A program made the translations under genes and the position numbers. Under the pieces are notes generated by a model. The model saw nothing but the letters and a program-made list of their open reading frames with translations, made no database searches and was not told where the DNA came from. DNA of 64,000 nt from Candidatus Bathyarchaeota archaeon (GTDB lineage: Archaea > Thermoproteota > Bathyarchaeia > Bathyarchaeales > Bathycorpusculaceae): positions 32,001 through 96,000 of the forward strand of contig CAWAKC010000005.1 of NCBI GenBank assembly GCA_963782525.1. Direction: 5' to 3'. Positions 38,650-48,804 of this stretch are shown here, piece by piece. Position 1 is the stretch's first letter, and every line of letters begins with the position of its first letter.

Positions 38650-39456
38650 ATGAATGATAGAATCACAGTTATAGGCGCAGGCATGATGGGAAGCGCCATA
38701 ATCAAAAGCCTCATCAAAGGCAAGTACGCGGGGAAAATAACCGCTGTCGATATTGCACCTGAAAAACTGGGTGATTTGGAAAAGTTAGGGGTCAAGGTTT
38801 CATTGGATATCTACAAATCTGCTGCCGAGGCAGACATCGTTTTCATAATTGTTAAGCCCGGCGACGTCGAGAAAGTTCTCAAAGAAATCAACGAAGAAAT
38901 CAAAAGCAAGCTGCTCATCTCCGTTGCTGCTACGGTACCCATTGCGTTTTTGCGGAAAAATGCTCCAAACGCGAAGATTGTTCGGATTATGCCTAACTTG
39001 GGTGCTTTGGTGCAGGCGGCTTACACGGCTTACTGCTGCGAACCAAACGTGACTGCTGAAGACAAAGAAAAAGTCAAGGCTCTCTTGAATACGTTTGGCG
39101 TTTGTGATGAGATGGATGAGAAGTATATGGATGCAATCACCGCGGTCAGCGGTAGCGGACCTGGCTACTTGTCTATCATAATTGAAGCCTTAACTTATGC
39201 AGGGTTAAAAGTTGGCTTGCCGCGCAACATAGCTCTAAAAGCAGCTGCCCAAACTGTCATGGGTACCGGCAAACTTATAATTGACCTCAACGAGGACCCA
39301 GCAAAAATAAAAGACATGACCACGACGCCGGGCGGAACAACAATAGAAGCCATCTATCAAATAGAGCAATCACAAATCCGCGCAGCCATGATACGGGCCA
39401 TTGAAGAAGCCACCAAAAAAAGCCAAGCAATCCGCGAAAAACTAAACCTCACTTAG
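38650..39456 (+). CDS. proC: Pyrroline-5-carboxylate reductase
   Basis: GAGMMG, VKP, RIMPN, TAVSGSGP, TTPGGTT. Confidence 0.95.
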   Translation: MNDRITVIGAGMMGSAIIKSLIKGKYAGKITAVDIAPEKLGDLEKLGVKVSLDIYKSAAEADIVFIIVKPGDVEKVLKEINEEIKSKLLISVAATVPIAFLRKNAPNAKIVRIMPNLGALVQAAYTAYCCEPNVTAEDKEKVKALLNTFGVCDEMDEKYMDAITAVSGSGPGYLSIIIEALTYAGLKVGLPRNIALKAAAQTVMGTGKLIIDLNEDPAKIKDMTTTPGGTTIEAIYQIEQSQIRAAMIRAIEEATKKSQAIREKLNLT

Positions 39457-39465
39457 AGTCTTGTA

Positions 39466-40122
39466 ATGTTTGAAGCAGTCATCTTCGACTGGGACGGAAC
39501 CCTCGCCGATACCCGAAAAGCCATTGTTATTTCTTTCCAAAAAGCACTAAAAGAAATCAACCTCGAAGTCCCCGCGCACTACATTGAACGTAGAATGGGC
39601 ATCGGCGCATCCGAGACCTTCCGCGAAATACTCGCCGCGGCGAACAGGCGGGTTGACGAGAAAGTTGTGAAGAAGTTGGTTGAGCGGAAGAGTCAAGTGC
39701 AAATCCAATTAGCCGATAAAGTGGTGTTGTTTGAGGGTGCACGGGAGCTTTTGGAAGCGTTGCGGGGTAAGGTGAATGTGGGTTTGGCGTCGATGAATAA
39801 CCGCTCCGTCGTCATGGATTTGCTTCAAATCAACGATTTAATGGGTTGTTTTGACTCTGTTTTAACGGTTGAGGCGGTTTCCCAATCGAAGCCTGACCCT
39901 GAAATTTTTTTAAAAACTGCTGCTCAGCTGAAAGCCCTCCCTGAGAAATGCGTGGTTTTGGAGGATTCTCTTTTCGGAGTGAAAGCCGCTAAAGCAGCAA
40001 AAATGGGCTGTATCGCTGTTACAACAGGTGTCTATACTGAGCAAGAGCTTGAAGTTGAAAGGCCTGATTTAATCGTTAAATCTCTAAAAGATTCTCAAAT
40101 TCTCCGTTTTATTCTCCGGTAA
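39466..40122 (+). CDS. HAD-family phosphatase
   Basis: FDWDGTL, KPDP, EDS..G..AA. Confidence 0.9.
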   Translation: MFEAVIFDWDGTLADTRKAIVISFQKALKEINLEVPAHYIERRMGIGASETFREILAAANRRVDEKVVKKLVERKSQVQIQLADKVVLFEGARELLEALRGKVNVGLASMNNRSVVMDLLQINDLMGCFDSVLTVEAVSQSKPDPEIFLKTAAQLKALPEKCVVLEDSLFGVKAAKAAKMGCIAVTTGVYTEQELEVERPDLIVKSLKDSQILRFILR

Positions 40123-40215
40123 TAAGAACTTGTTGTTGTGCAACAACAGTCACATAGCTTTAAACATTTTTCGAAGAGATATACAGTTACTCTCAACTGA
40201 AAGGAAGATGTATCC

Positions 40216-40482
40216 ATGACTGCGATGCTCAAGAAAAAGTCTAAGCCATCGGTTTTTCAAGTGTTACTGCTTGATAACGATGCCAGCGAAGACGTCGAGG
40301 TTCAGGAATCCAAACAAGTAGATTTCTGCCAAGTTAAAGCACACCTCAAAAACGGCGGCTCCGTCTTCATAACAAGCAAAGGCTCACAAAAACTCAGCCA
40401 CCCCAAAGCCAAAGCCCAACAAAACTACAGCCGCTCCAGACGAACCTGTGGTTTTCTCTTCCGTCAGCACCTGAGAAGCTAA
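40216..40482 (+). CDS. Small hypothetical protein
   Basis: 88 aa with upstream TTTAAA box and GGAAG; no family recognised. Confidence 0.6.
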   Translation: MTAMLKKKSKPSVFQVLLLDNDASEDVEVQESKQVDFCQVKAHLKNGGSVFITSKGSQKLSHPKAKAQQNYSRSRRTCGFLFRQHLRS

Positions 40483-40993
40483 ACTGTGTGACGTGCATCC
40501 AAAGTTTTTCTTCACCCCTTCTCTCTTCCACATGTTTTTGCGGTGCACGCCACTCCCAATAACGCTAATTTTTTTGTGCTGAGTGATTGCGATTAATCTG
40601 AGGCCTGAGGATTGAGAGTTTATACATTTTGTATATACAGTTTGTTTATATAATCGTCTGCTTTTGGATGAATATTAAGTCGGTTTTTTTATTTCTAAGA
40701 AATAAATGGGAAGAAGCCACATCTTGGGTTCAGAGCCGAATATGTCGCCCGTATAGAAAAGTACTGCGGTATTTGCTCCCAAGTAGATTTATTTACGATA
40801 TTTTTGTACTTGGGATATCAATAAACATTTTTAACTAATTATTCCTTTTTTGGTATTTTCTCCGAATCGGTAAATTGTGCAATAAAACATTTGAGGTTTT
40901 AATCCGCTCAAATTCAAAAATCCTTAAATTCAAAATACTCAATATCACCGCTTGGATAGCAAAAGAAAAACATGTGGTAGGTTGGGTGTTTTC

Positions 40994-41965
40994 ATGTATA
41001 AGATTGAACTGGTAGGTCTATTTGCTGTAGTCCTAATAGTATTCAGTTGCAGTTCTCTTGCAGGTTCCTCTCCACTCCCTTTGACATCTGATGGGGATCT
41101 CACCTACCGTCAACTAGCCAATGGAATGCCATTCGTTTTCCCAACTCCAACAGCTACACCATCGCTTACACCTGAACCAACCGTTACTCCAGTTCCAACG
41201 CCTCGACCGGAACCTACAGCTAGACCTACAATAGAGCTAGACTGTAAAAGCACCGCCGCCGCTGGCAACCTCAAAGTTCAAGTAACGGGTACCTTAACCT
41301 ACAACAAAACGGGCATACCTGGTGCAGCCATATACGTCGGATACAGCGCTGACTGCGGAAACAAATGGGAGAACTTCTCGTTGGTTCAAACTCATGATGA
41401 CGGTGGTTTTGAAACGCTTTGGACTCCCAATGCAACCGGCTACTACTTGATTACTGCCCAATGGGAAGGAAACTTGACGCTACACTGGGTAAACGCTACC
41501 GCAAACCTAGCGTTAACACCTGATTCAGCAGGCAACGAATTCTCAGTCGCCTCGAACTCAACCATATCTAATCTTACCTATAATTCAGTAGCACAAGAAC
41601 TCAGCTTCAACACTAATGGAACCTTAAGCACAACTGGATATGCCTACGTTTGTCTTCCAAAAACTCTCGTAAGCGATATCCAAACGGTAGAAGTAAAGAT
41701 AGATGGAAAACCAGCTACTTCTACAAGCGAAGCCCAAAACGACGTTTGGGTCATCTCTTGTGTGTATACTCAGAGCCAACACTTCTTAAGCATAAAACTA
41801 CCTCTCATGCAGGCGCTAAGTTCTGCTACGGCACCGTGGATAACCATCGTTGTGATCCTCTCTATATTGATAGCTCTTGTAGCTATAGCGGTGGTTATTA
41901 GACGTAGGCGCAGAACCGCTGCAACTGTTGCAGCCATACTCAAACAGAATCGTCCAGTAAACTAA
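40994..41965 (+). CDS. Membrane-anchored surface protein with Pro/Thr linker and Ig-like domain
   Basis: Signal peptide, PTPTATPS...PTP linker, beta-rich domains, C-terminal TM plus RRRRR. Confidence 0.75.
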   Translation: MYKIELVGLFAVVLIVFSCSSLAGSSPLPLTSDGDLTYRQLANGMPFVFPTPTATPSLTPEPTVTPVPTPRPEPTARPTIELDCKSTAAAGNLKVQVTGTLTYNKTGIPGAAIYVGYSADCGNKWENFSLVQTHDDGGFETLWTPNATGYYLITAQWEGNLTLHWVNATANLALTPDSAGNEFSVASNSTISNLTYNSVAQELSFNTNGTLSTTGYAYVCLPKTLVSDIQTVEVKIDGKPATSTSEAQNDVWVISCVYTQSQHFLSIKLPLMQALSSATAPWITIVVILSILIALVAIAVVIRRRRRTAATVAAILKQNRPVN

Positions 41966-42120
41966 GATAATATTGACTAAAGAAGCCGCTATTCGATAGT
42001 CTCTCAGTATTTTCTAATCCTTTCAGTTCCCCCGGAACCTAAGTTCCCATTAAGAAAAATCGGTTGCTTGACATCTATCAAAGAGCTAAACCGTCAATGG
42101 TCACAAAAAAGCTTTGCTAT

Positions 42121-43194
42121 TTAATGTGGCTTCATATTTCTAAGAGCCATTGGAATGTAGGCACATCTTAGATCGGAACCCAAAATGTCCCCTGTATAGA
42201 ACAGCGCTGCTGATCGGCAGCCGCCGCAGAGTTCTTTGTATTCACAGACGCCGCATTTCCCCTTGATGTTTCGTTTGTCTTTGACTTTGTTGAAGAACTC
42301 GCTGCTCTGCATTTCAGCCCAAATCTGCTTGATTGGTTTGTTTTTGATGTTTCCGACTCGGTAGGTATCGTTGTAACTGCAGGGGATGGCGTCGCCGTTT
42401 TCCGCGATGCTCATGAATTTGCCGAAGAAGCATCTGCCCAAGAAGAAGTTGTTGTACCATTGCTCGAAGTTGGGCATGCCGCGTTGTTTGGCGACTCGGG
42501 CATAGAAGGGTATGTAGACGTTGATGGCTGGTTTTCCATTGTACTCGGGGGTGAGGTCGTAGAGTTTGTTGCATACCCACTCGTATTGGGCTGGGGTTAA
42601 GTCGGCTTTAAGGCTGGTTTTATCGCTGCTGTAGGGTATCATGCCATGGAAGACTACCCAACGTGCATCGTACTTTTTGGCTAAATCCAACACGTGACGA
42701 ATGTCGGCTTCGTTGGCATTGGTGACTTCGCCTGCATTTGCAAAGGTGTAGACTAGGCAGTTGAGGAGTTTTTCTTTAGCGAACTGCTCGATAGCTGAGA
42801 CTGCTGCTTTATAAGCGCCTCTGCCGCGGATGGCATCGTCGGTTTTTTCTGCGCCATCGATACTTACGGAAATTTTGGTTTGGTTCTTAACTATTTTTTT
42901 GAAGGCTTCCTCATCGAGGAGTCGCCCATCTGTTATGATGCTGGTGCACAGCCCTTTTTCTGTGGCGTAATCTAGCACTTCGAACAGGTCTTTGCGGAGA
43001 AACGGCTGCCCACCTGTTATGCCAAAGAAGGTTGCACCGAAATCGGCTGCTTGATCAACGATTTTTTTTGCGTCATCTGTGCCTATCTCGTCTGGGACGG
43101 CCTTTTTTCCTGCTGAAATGCAGTGAACGCATTGGCTGTCACAGGCGTAAGTGCATCGCCAAGGAACAATGAAAACTGGACCTTTCACCGTCAA
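42121..43194 (-). CDS. Radical SAM/SPASM domain protein
   Basis: CDSQCVHC (CxxxCxxC), TGGQP, SIDG; SPASM C...IPC...CGVC...CGGCR...C. Confidence 0.9.
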   Translation of the reverse strand: MTVKGPVFIVPWRCTYACDSQCVHCISAGKKAVPDEIGTDDAKKIVDQAADFGATFFGITGGQPFLRKDLFEVLDYATEKGLCTSIITDGRLLDEEAFKKIVKNQTKISVSIDGAEKTDDAIRGRGAYKAAVSAIEQFAKEKLLNCLVYTFANAGEVTNANEADIRHVLDLAKKYDARWVVFHGMIPYSSDKTSLKADLTPAQYEWVCNKLYDLTPEYNGKPAINVYIPFYARVAKQRGMPNFEQWYNNFFLGRCFFGKFMSIAENGDAIPCSYNDTYRVGNIKNKPIKQIWAEMQSSEFFNKVKDKRNIKGKCGVCEYKELCGGCRSAALFYTGDILGSDLRCAYIPMALRNMKPH

Positions 43195-43330
43195 GCCTTA
43201 ATTTCTCCAAGAGGTTTGTGTATTTCAAACGGGCTTTTTGGTATTTAATGCTTCACTTTAAAACAATGGATTCGAATGATGATGCTGGGCAACAGAATTC
43301 TTGAATTGACAGTGTCATAATTCTTTATCA

Positions 43331-43756
43331 GTGAATTTTATGGCTAAATTAGAAGGAAACGCAAAACTTCTAGAAAACGTTCGTTTTGAAACCGACAATG
43401 GAAGGGGACACAAAGTAATATGTGATTTATCTGAAGCGGCAGGTGGAACAAACGCTGGACCAACCCCATTAGAACTGGCAGTTATGGCGCTGGCCGGCTG
43501 TGGAGTCATAATCTACGCTGACGTCTGCAAGAACAGCAAAATCGAACCGGGAAAAATTGAGATTAACGTTGAAGCAGAAAAAACAGCCAGTTCCTCAACA
43601 CTAAGTGGTGTAACGATGAAGGTAAACATTGATTCGCCCACTCGAAAAGGGTTGGTGGAAGCGGTTTGGCGTCGAACAGAAGCAAACTGCCCAGTAATGT
43701 TTGTATACAAAGAACAGGTGCCTGTCAAAGTTGAAGCAAACATAAAAGGGATATAG
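43331..43756 (+). CDS. OsmC-family protein
   Basis: GGTNAGPTPLEL...LAGC...NCPV. Confidence 0.88.
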   Translation: MNFMAKLEGNAKLLENVRFETDNGRGHKVICDLSEAAGGTNAGPTPLELAVMALAGCGVIIYADVCKNSKIEPGKIEINVEAEKTASSSTLSGVTMKVNIDSPTRKGLVEAVWRRTEANCPVMFVYKEQVPVKVEANIKGI

Positions 43757-43840
43757 CAATCACCCTTCCTGTATTGCTCTTCCATATTCGAAAATTTTTT
43801 TAAGCAACCATTTTTTTAACTGTTAACGAGGAGAAGGTGA

Positions 43841-44008
43841 ATGGAAGAAGACATACTGTTTACTATGCGCCAGCTAAATTGCAATCATCATGAGGAACTG
43901 TACACTCAAAGACGCTTCGACATACTCAAGGGCTTCGAATTTAATTTGACCCGTTGCCTTAACTGCCACAAAATCGTGGAGTTAGATGCAAAAAAGTTCT
44001 CTAAATAA
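43841..44008 (+). CDS. Zn-ribbon-like microprotein (55 aa; below ORF-track cutoff)
   Basis: MEEDILFTMRQLNCNHHEE...TRCLNCHKIVE; strong GAGGAG/AGGTGA Shine-Dalgarno. Confidence 0.65.
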   Translation: MEEDILFTMRQLNCNHHEELYTQRRFDILKGFEFNLTRCLNCHKIVELDAKKFSK

Positions 44009-44011
44009 TCC

Positions 44012-44422
44012 CTACCTGTCTTTTGAGGTCAGATAGAGATGTCCCTGTTTTAGCTGGTCTAAAGCATTCTGTGTTTCCAGGGATGTTAGCTTGCAGGTCT
44101 TGAGGTCTTTTAGGAATGCAAGTTTTTCTGGGGCATCTTGAAGCAAATGCAAGTCTTCCCATGTTACTTTGAGGTCCTCGGAGGGTATGTGTTCATCAAC
44201 ATCCATGGCCCAGGCGCCCGCGTCCAACTCGTCGCCTTCAGCTAACGCTGTGAAGGGACCAAGCAAGCTTTTATCGTCCAGGTTAAACAAGAAAATTATC
44301 GAGCCTACCTTGATTTCTTCTTCTTTGGGTCTGGTTTTTTCGTCAGCGCATGTGTAGCGTTTGTTACTTAAACACTGTTGCTGGGATTCTTTTGTACAGT
44401 AAAATACGTATCCGTCATACAT
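44012..44422 (-). CDS. Stand-alone DCD-like (PUA/EVE superfamily) domain protein
   Basis: GYVFYC...C...IKVGSIIFLFN...LLGPF.A...LD..AW matches the DCD-domain pattern as recalled. Confidence 0.65.
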   Translation of the reverse strand: MYDGYVFYCTKESQQQCLSNKRYTCADEKTRPKEEEIKVGSIIFLFNLDDKSLLGPFTALAEGDELDAGAWAMDVDEHIPSEDLKVTWEDLHLLQDAPEKLAFLKDLKTCKLTSLETQNALDQLKQGHLYLTSKDR

Positions 44423-44560
44423 AAGTCAATAAAACCTTCTTGCATAGTTTGAAGCGTGTCGGCGTTTATTTCCTTTTCTTTTTTTAGATTGGTCTGTTGT
44501 TTCATTTATGAACCTTAGAAAATTTTATTAAACCAGCCCGTATGTTGCTAATTCGGATAG

Positions 44561-45985
44561 GTGGAATGCGCTTTCAAGACTGTTTCAGTTGCAAAATTCG
44601 GCGGTAGCCTCCTTGACGTGGAAGGCAAGGGAATCCCCAATATCGTTAAGCGAATCAAAGAAACCCAGGAGAAAGATGGCTGCGGACCAGTCGCCGTTTT
44701 CTCCGCACCCATGGGCGTCACTGATGCGCTCATAAAGATAGGGGAATCCTACGCGCAAGAATGCCGGTTGTCTCTTGAGCCAGTTTTTGAAGTTTACGAG
44801 CATATAGCAAAACACTATGTTAAAGGCAAATGGCTAAAACAAGCCCAAACCGAAATAGCCAACTACAAAAAAATAACCCAAACAACCCTCAACTCCGTGA
44901 ACAAACGTTTCAGCGGGCACATCAAAGCCAAAACCCTCACCTTAGGCGGCGAACTCGCTATGTCCACGCTCATGGATTACATCCTAAAAAGCAATGATGT
45001 AGACTCCTGCACGCTATCCATGAATGAGTGGCCAATCGTCACCGACGACAACTTCGAAGACGCCTTACCCAACTACGAACAAAGCAAAAAACGACTTCAC
45101 ACCCTAATCGAACCCCTTGAAGAAGGCAAAGTCGTTTCTATGGCGGGCTTCTTGGGTGTCACGGCCGACGGACTCGAGACCATTCTCGGCAGAGGCGGCT
45201 CAGACTTAACAGCCGTTTTAGCCTCCTGCCTCCTAAAAGATGTTTACTCCACACAAACGCTGCTCTACAAGGACGTTCCAGTGCAAAGTGCAGATCCCAA
45301 AGTTGTGAAGGGACAGAAAACCGAACATGTAAACGCCTTAACCTACAACGAAGCACACAAAGCTTCAATGATGGGCATGAAAATCGTTCAGAGTCCTGCA
45401 ATAGCGACGGCAAGACGTTTTGGTCAACCGCTAATGGTGGTGCCCATCGATGAGCCCAAAATGTTCTCCGTTATTGAAGCAGAAGTAAGCGGCGGCGAAG
45501 TCGTTAAATGCTTAACGGGCAAAAAAGGCTGCGCTATACTGTCCATGAATGACGAAAAAAGTCGTTCACTCGAAGATTCTCTGCGTATATGGGAACGCAG
45601 AAACGACTTCATAGATCTTGGAGCAGAAACCATGGAGACAGGCGAGCGGATTCGCGATTTTCTATTCTTGGACGCAGATTTCCTAAAGAAGAATGAGGAA
45701 AAACTCAAAGGCTTCGACGAAGACCTAAAAATTGATTATGGTTTAGGTGTGGTGACGCTCATCGGTGACCGAATGAAGGATTCCCCAGGGGTCGCATCGC
45801 TCGCAATTGGTGCCATCTCGGGCATAAACATTAAACGCGGCATATTTGCACCCCACACTTCACAAATCATCCTCGTCGTCGAGGAAAAAAACATAAACGC
45901 AACTGTCGCAGCCATCCACCAGAAAAAACAAGACCTAAACAAAACCCCGCCAGATTGGCCCATGGGATTCCAACCAACAGCTTAA
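44561..45985 (+). CDS. Aspartate kinase
   Basis: KFGGS, SA..GVTD.L, GE, GF.G, LGRGGSDLTA, ADPK; C-terminal ACT domain. Confidence 0.9.
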   Translation: MECAFKTVSVAKFGGSLLDVEGKGIPNIVKRIKETQEKDGCGPVAVFSAPMGVTDALIKIGESYAQECRLSLEPVFEVYEHIAKHYVKGKWLKQAQTEIANYKKITQTTLNSVNKRFSGHIKAKTLTLGGELAMSTLMDYILKSNDVDSCTLSMNEWPIVTDDNFEDALPNYEQSKKRLHTLIEPLEEGKVVSMAGFLGVTADGLETILGRGGSDLTAVLASCLLKDVYSTQTLLYKDVPVQSADPKVVKGQKTEHVNALTYNEAHKASMMGMKIVQSPAIATARRFGQPLMVVPIDEPKMFSVIEAEVSGGEVVKCLTGKKGCAILSMNDEKSRSLEDSLRIWERRNDFIDLGAETMETGERIRDFLFLDADFLKKNEEKLKGFDEDLKIDYGLGVVTLIGDRMKDSPGVASLAIGAISGINIKRGIFAPHTSQIILVVEEKNINATVAAIHQKKQDLNKTPPDWPMGFQPTA

Positions 45986-46222
45986 ACACTATTTTTCGGC
46001 ATGCCCAAGCAGCCAAAGAATACTCCGTTGGGAACCGTTTTTTAGCTCTCAAAAGATACAATAACCCTAGATCAAAGATAATTGATGCACGTTGAAAATA
46101 TTATTTTTAACCGCAAAACTGCGGCAGCGGTTATTTGCTAATTTTAACCAAGCGGTGGAACAAAACATATAACCTTTGAATTAATAGTAAAAAATACTCG
46201 AATTTGTTTAGCGTGAACCATT

Positions 46223-47365
46223 TTGTCTTCAGTTTCCAAGTATCTCTCGGTAAGACGGTCTATTCTATTCATGATTGCTGGCTTAGTAGTCTTCATCATA
46301 TACTTGTACTTCTACATCGGCATACCCCAAATTCTAGAGGTCATAAGCGGCATAAACTCCACTCAATACGCATTCTACTACACGCTTGCACTTTTGGCAG
46401 TGATAGCTTCAGTGTTTTGTTGGGCGTGCGCCTGGAACATCATCCTTCGATCGTTAAACGTTAAAATCTCTTACCGAAGAGCCTACCTCTATTATTGGGT
46501 CGGATACTTTAGCGATTTAGTCTTACCCTGCCTAACAATATGCGGCGAAATAACCAGACTCTATCTTGTGCAGAAAGAAACTGGAGAAAGCTACGGCGTC
46601 CTTGCGGCTTCAGCCATAACTAACCGATTAGTCGCCTACACCATAGTTGTTGTCGGATTATACAGTGGAGCCATCTTAGTCTTCCTAAAACCTGGCATTT
46701 CACCCGTCATATCGAACATTTTTATTCTTTTCCTAATAGGAGTAACAGTTTATCTGGCAGTCCTAATTTACTTAGCTTTTGTTAAACAAGCTGCAAAAAA
46801 TATTGAAAGAATTTACGTAAAAATCTTAAACGTAATAAGACCCAAATATGTTCACCCTTGGAAGGACGCCCAAAGAGAACAATCACTCGCTAGCTATTAC
46901 ACGGGTTTTAAAAAATTCCGCGAAAATCCGCGGCTTCTAATAACACCACTCATTATCCATACAATCTCGTATTTGCTTGGATTGTCCGTCTACATTCTGG
47001 TTTTTTATGCGCTGGGCATTCCTTCAACCCTCGAATTTTACATTGTGGTCTACTTCATTGCAACAGCTGTTCAAGATGCTGCGGCAAGCTTCTCTGTGGG
47101 TTCGCTGGATATTATTTTGGCAAGTATCTTCATTCTTTATGGGTTAAATCCTGGTATCAGCGGAATAACAGCCCTTTTAGTTCGTAGTGTAGGGTTCTGG
47201 TTCCCCTTGTTTGTGGGCTTTTTGGCAGTTCAATACTTGGGAACTAAAAACCTTGTGTCTCAAACCCCCTCTTTGCAAAGGATAGTGCGGAAAAAAGATA
47301 ATGATTCTCAGTCGGAGGAATCAATGAATTCCGTCAAAACCAATTTTGATAAACACTTTCAGTGA
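46223..47365 (+). CDS. Lysylphosphatidylglycerol synthase TM / flippase-like membrane protein
   Basis: Multi-TM; LP...CGE..R motif and L.R...FWFP. Confidence 0.82.
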   Translation: MSSVSKYLSVRRSILFMIAGLVVFIIYLYFYIGIPQILEVISGINSTQYAFYYTLALLAVIASVFCWACAWNIILRSLNVKISYRRAYLYYWVGYFSDLVLPCLTICGEITRLYLVQKETGESYGVLAASAITNRLVAYTIVVVGLYSGAILVFLKPGISPVISNIFILFLIGVTVYLAVLIYLAFVKQAAKNIERIYVKILNVIRPKYVHPWKDAQREQSLASYYTGFKKFRENPRLLITPLIIHTISYLLGLSVYILVFYALGIPSTLEFYIVVYFIATAVQDAAASFSVGSLDIILASIFILYGLNPGISGITALLVRSVGFWFPLFVGFLAVQYLGTKNLVSQTPSLQRIVRKKDNDSQSEESMNSVKTNFDKHFQ

Positions 47366-47445
47366 CCTCTCCACGGTTCAGCTGTGTCGCCTCTGCACCC
47401 GCCTTTTAAGCATTATCCACAATATCGGTGGCATCGTGGAAAACC

Positions 47446-47700
47446 ATGACTCAAACTGAAACAGCAACCGAAAAAGACCTCCTCATATCCCTAACACTGC
47501 ACAACTTCTCCGCTGAAATGCTAAAAGAATTCGCCCAAACAATCGTTAAACCCTACTTTGGCGGCAACCTAAACCAAGCCATAAGAAGCCTGATGGAAAA
47601 AGCCATAGCTGAAGAAGCAATGGTCACCCAATCTCTAAAGCGAAAGAGCAAGTTGGAGTCAGGAAGATTCTCAGGTGGGTTTGAAGTAGCTTCACCATAG
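47446..47700 (+). CDS. Small RHH-like protein
   Basis: ISLTLHNFS.EML.EF......YF.GNLNQAIRSLM pattern. Confidence 0.6.
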   Translation: MTQTETATEKDLLISLTLHNFSAEMLKEFAQTIVKPYFGGNLNQAIRSLMEKAIAEEAMVTQSLKRKSKLESGRFSGGFEVASP

Positions 47701-48200
47701 TCATTGGAAACCCGATTTCTATCTTTTCGATATCTCAAGAGAACAATCAAAATAACTCCTACAATGACAATAAGCAAGATTGCCAGCCAGTAGGTAAGAG
47801 GTATTCCAGTGGAATTGTCGTTTGAGGTAATGTCTGGATTTGTAGTGTAGGAGAAAGTTACTTGAACGGGGTTGGCGTATGGTAGGTCATTCTCAAAGTT
47901 CATCGTGTAGTTCCCGTCTTCTTGCGCTACAAAACTGAACACCTCGGATTGGTCGACTAACCCCAGGTTAAGGATTTGGTAACCGCTTGGAGCATTTACC
48001 CAGAATCTCAAAGAGCTAGAGACAGAGATTGAGCCGTTAAACGTGGTACCAGCCGGCAGCAGAAACTGTATTTGAGAGGACTGAGAAACGGTTAAGGTTG
48101 AAACGGTAGTAGCGGACGCCGAAAAAACCGTAAAAGACAGCAACAAAAGCAGCACCAATACGGCATACAACGAGAGTTTATTTTTTTGCATTTTATCCAC
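47553..48200 (-). CDS. Type I membrane protein with GOLD (emp24/p24)-like domain
   Basis: Signal peptide; LRFWVNAPSG and FSFVAQEDGNYTMNFEN motifs; TM helix plus basic tail. The 3' end overlaps the convergent gene. Confidence 0.65.
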   Translation of the reverse strand: MDKMQKNKLSLYAVLVLLLLLSFTVFSASATTVSTLTVSQSSQIQFLLPAGTTFNGSISVSSSLRFWVNAPSGYQILNLGLVDQSEVFSFVAQEDGNYTMNFENDLPYANPVQVTFSYTTNPDITSNDNSTGIPLTYWLAILLIVIVGVILIVLLRYRKDRNRVSNDYGEATSNPPENLPDSNLLFRFRDWVTIASSAMAFSIRLLMAWFRLPPK

Positions 48201-48387
48201 TTCGAATACGTTATGAGAAATGCTGATTCGCCCTATTAATAATCATGCAAAAAAAGAAAAATTGCTTTGATAAAAAACGAATTTAGCTGGCATCTTATGT
48301 ATTCATTTTTGAAGTGTCAAGGATGAGTGAATCCAAAAAATATGAGACTACCACCGCAATAAAACAACCGAATGAACCAAATGGAAG

Positions 48388-48403
48388 TGGACCGGGCGGG
48401 ATT
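48388..48403 (-). repeat. tRNA-Ala-like 3'-end fragment (att-like), copy 1
   Basis: Minus strand AATCCCGCCCGGTCCA; 15/16 identical to 54545-54560. Confidence 0.6.
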
Positions 48404-48618
48404 ATTATTTTCAAGCGTTAATGTGCTAAACAGACATAGTCCAGCAGAACAGATAGTTGGGCGGGTCTGGCTGCCAAAATCAGGTAAGACATAACAACCC
48501 CCTTCTCGTCTTATCAGATGTTGGCGTAAGGCTAAATCCACCCAATCATCAATTTCCTCCCCTTAAAAAAAACTCACGTGTTTATTCTGTTGCAGAATTA
48601 TTTTCTATGGTTTGAAAA

Positions 48619-48804
48619 TCAGAAAATGTTTTCGTTCTTTATCTCTTTAATCGTTAAACCGTGTTTTTTTGCATATTCTTCGATTCCTACTCTGTTATAA
48701 TAAGACTTTATTTGAACCTGGTAATCGTTAGGCTTCCTTTCGCTAATGGACACGTAAGACGGCTCAACTAAATTATTAGCAATTAAGTCTTTCAAAATAG
48801 CCAT
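48619..48804 (-). CDS. Small hypothetical protein, possibly truncated
   Basis: 61-aa protein-like frame; no good RBS. Confidence 0.4.
   Translation of the reverse strand: MAILKDLIANNLVEPSYVSISERKPNDYQVQIKSYYNRVGIEEYAKKHGLTIKEIKNENIF

Noticed and set aside
42121-43194. RiPP cluster or a specific ahb/pqqE assignment for the radical SAM gene
   Set aside because: No clear precursor, RRE domain, transporter or heme-pathway neighbour; the subfamily cannot be assigned by eye.
43276-43315. C/D box sRNA (ATGATGA)
   Set aside because: No properly spaced CTGA D box or terminal stem; the region is a divergent promoter.
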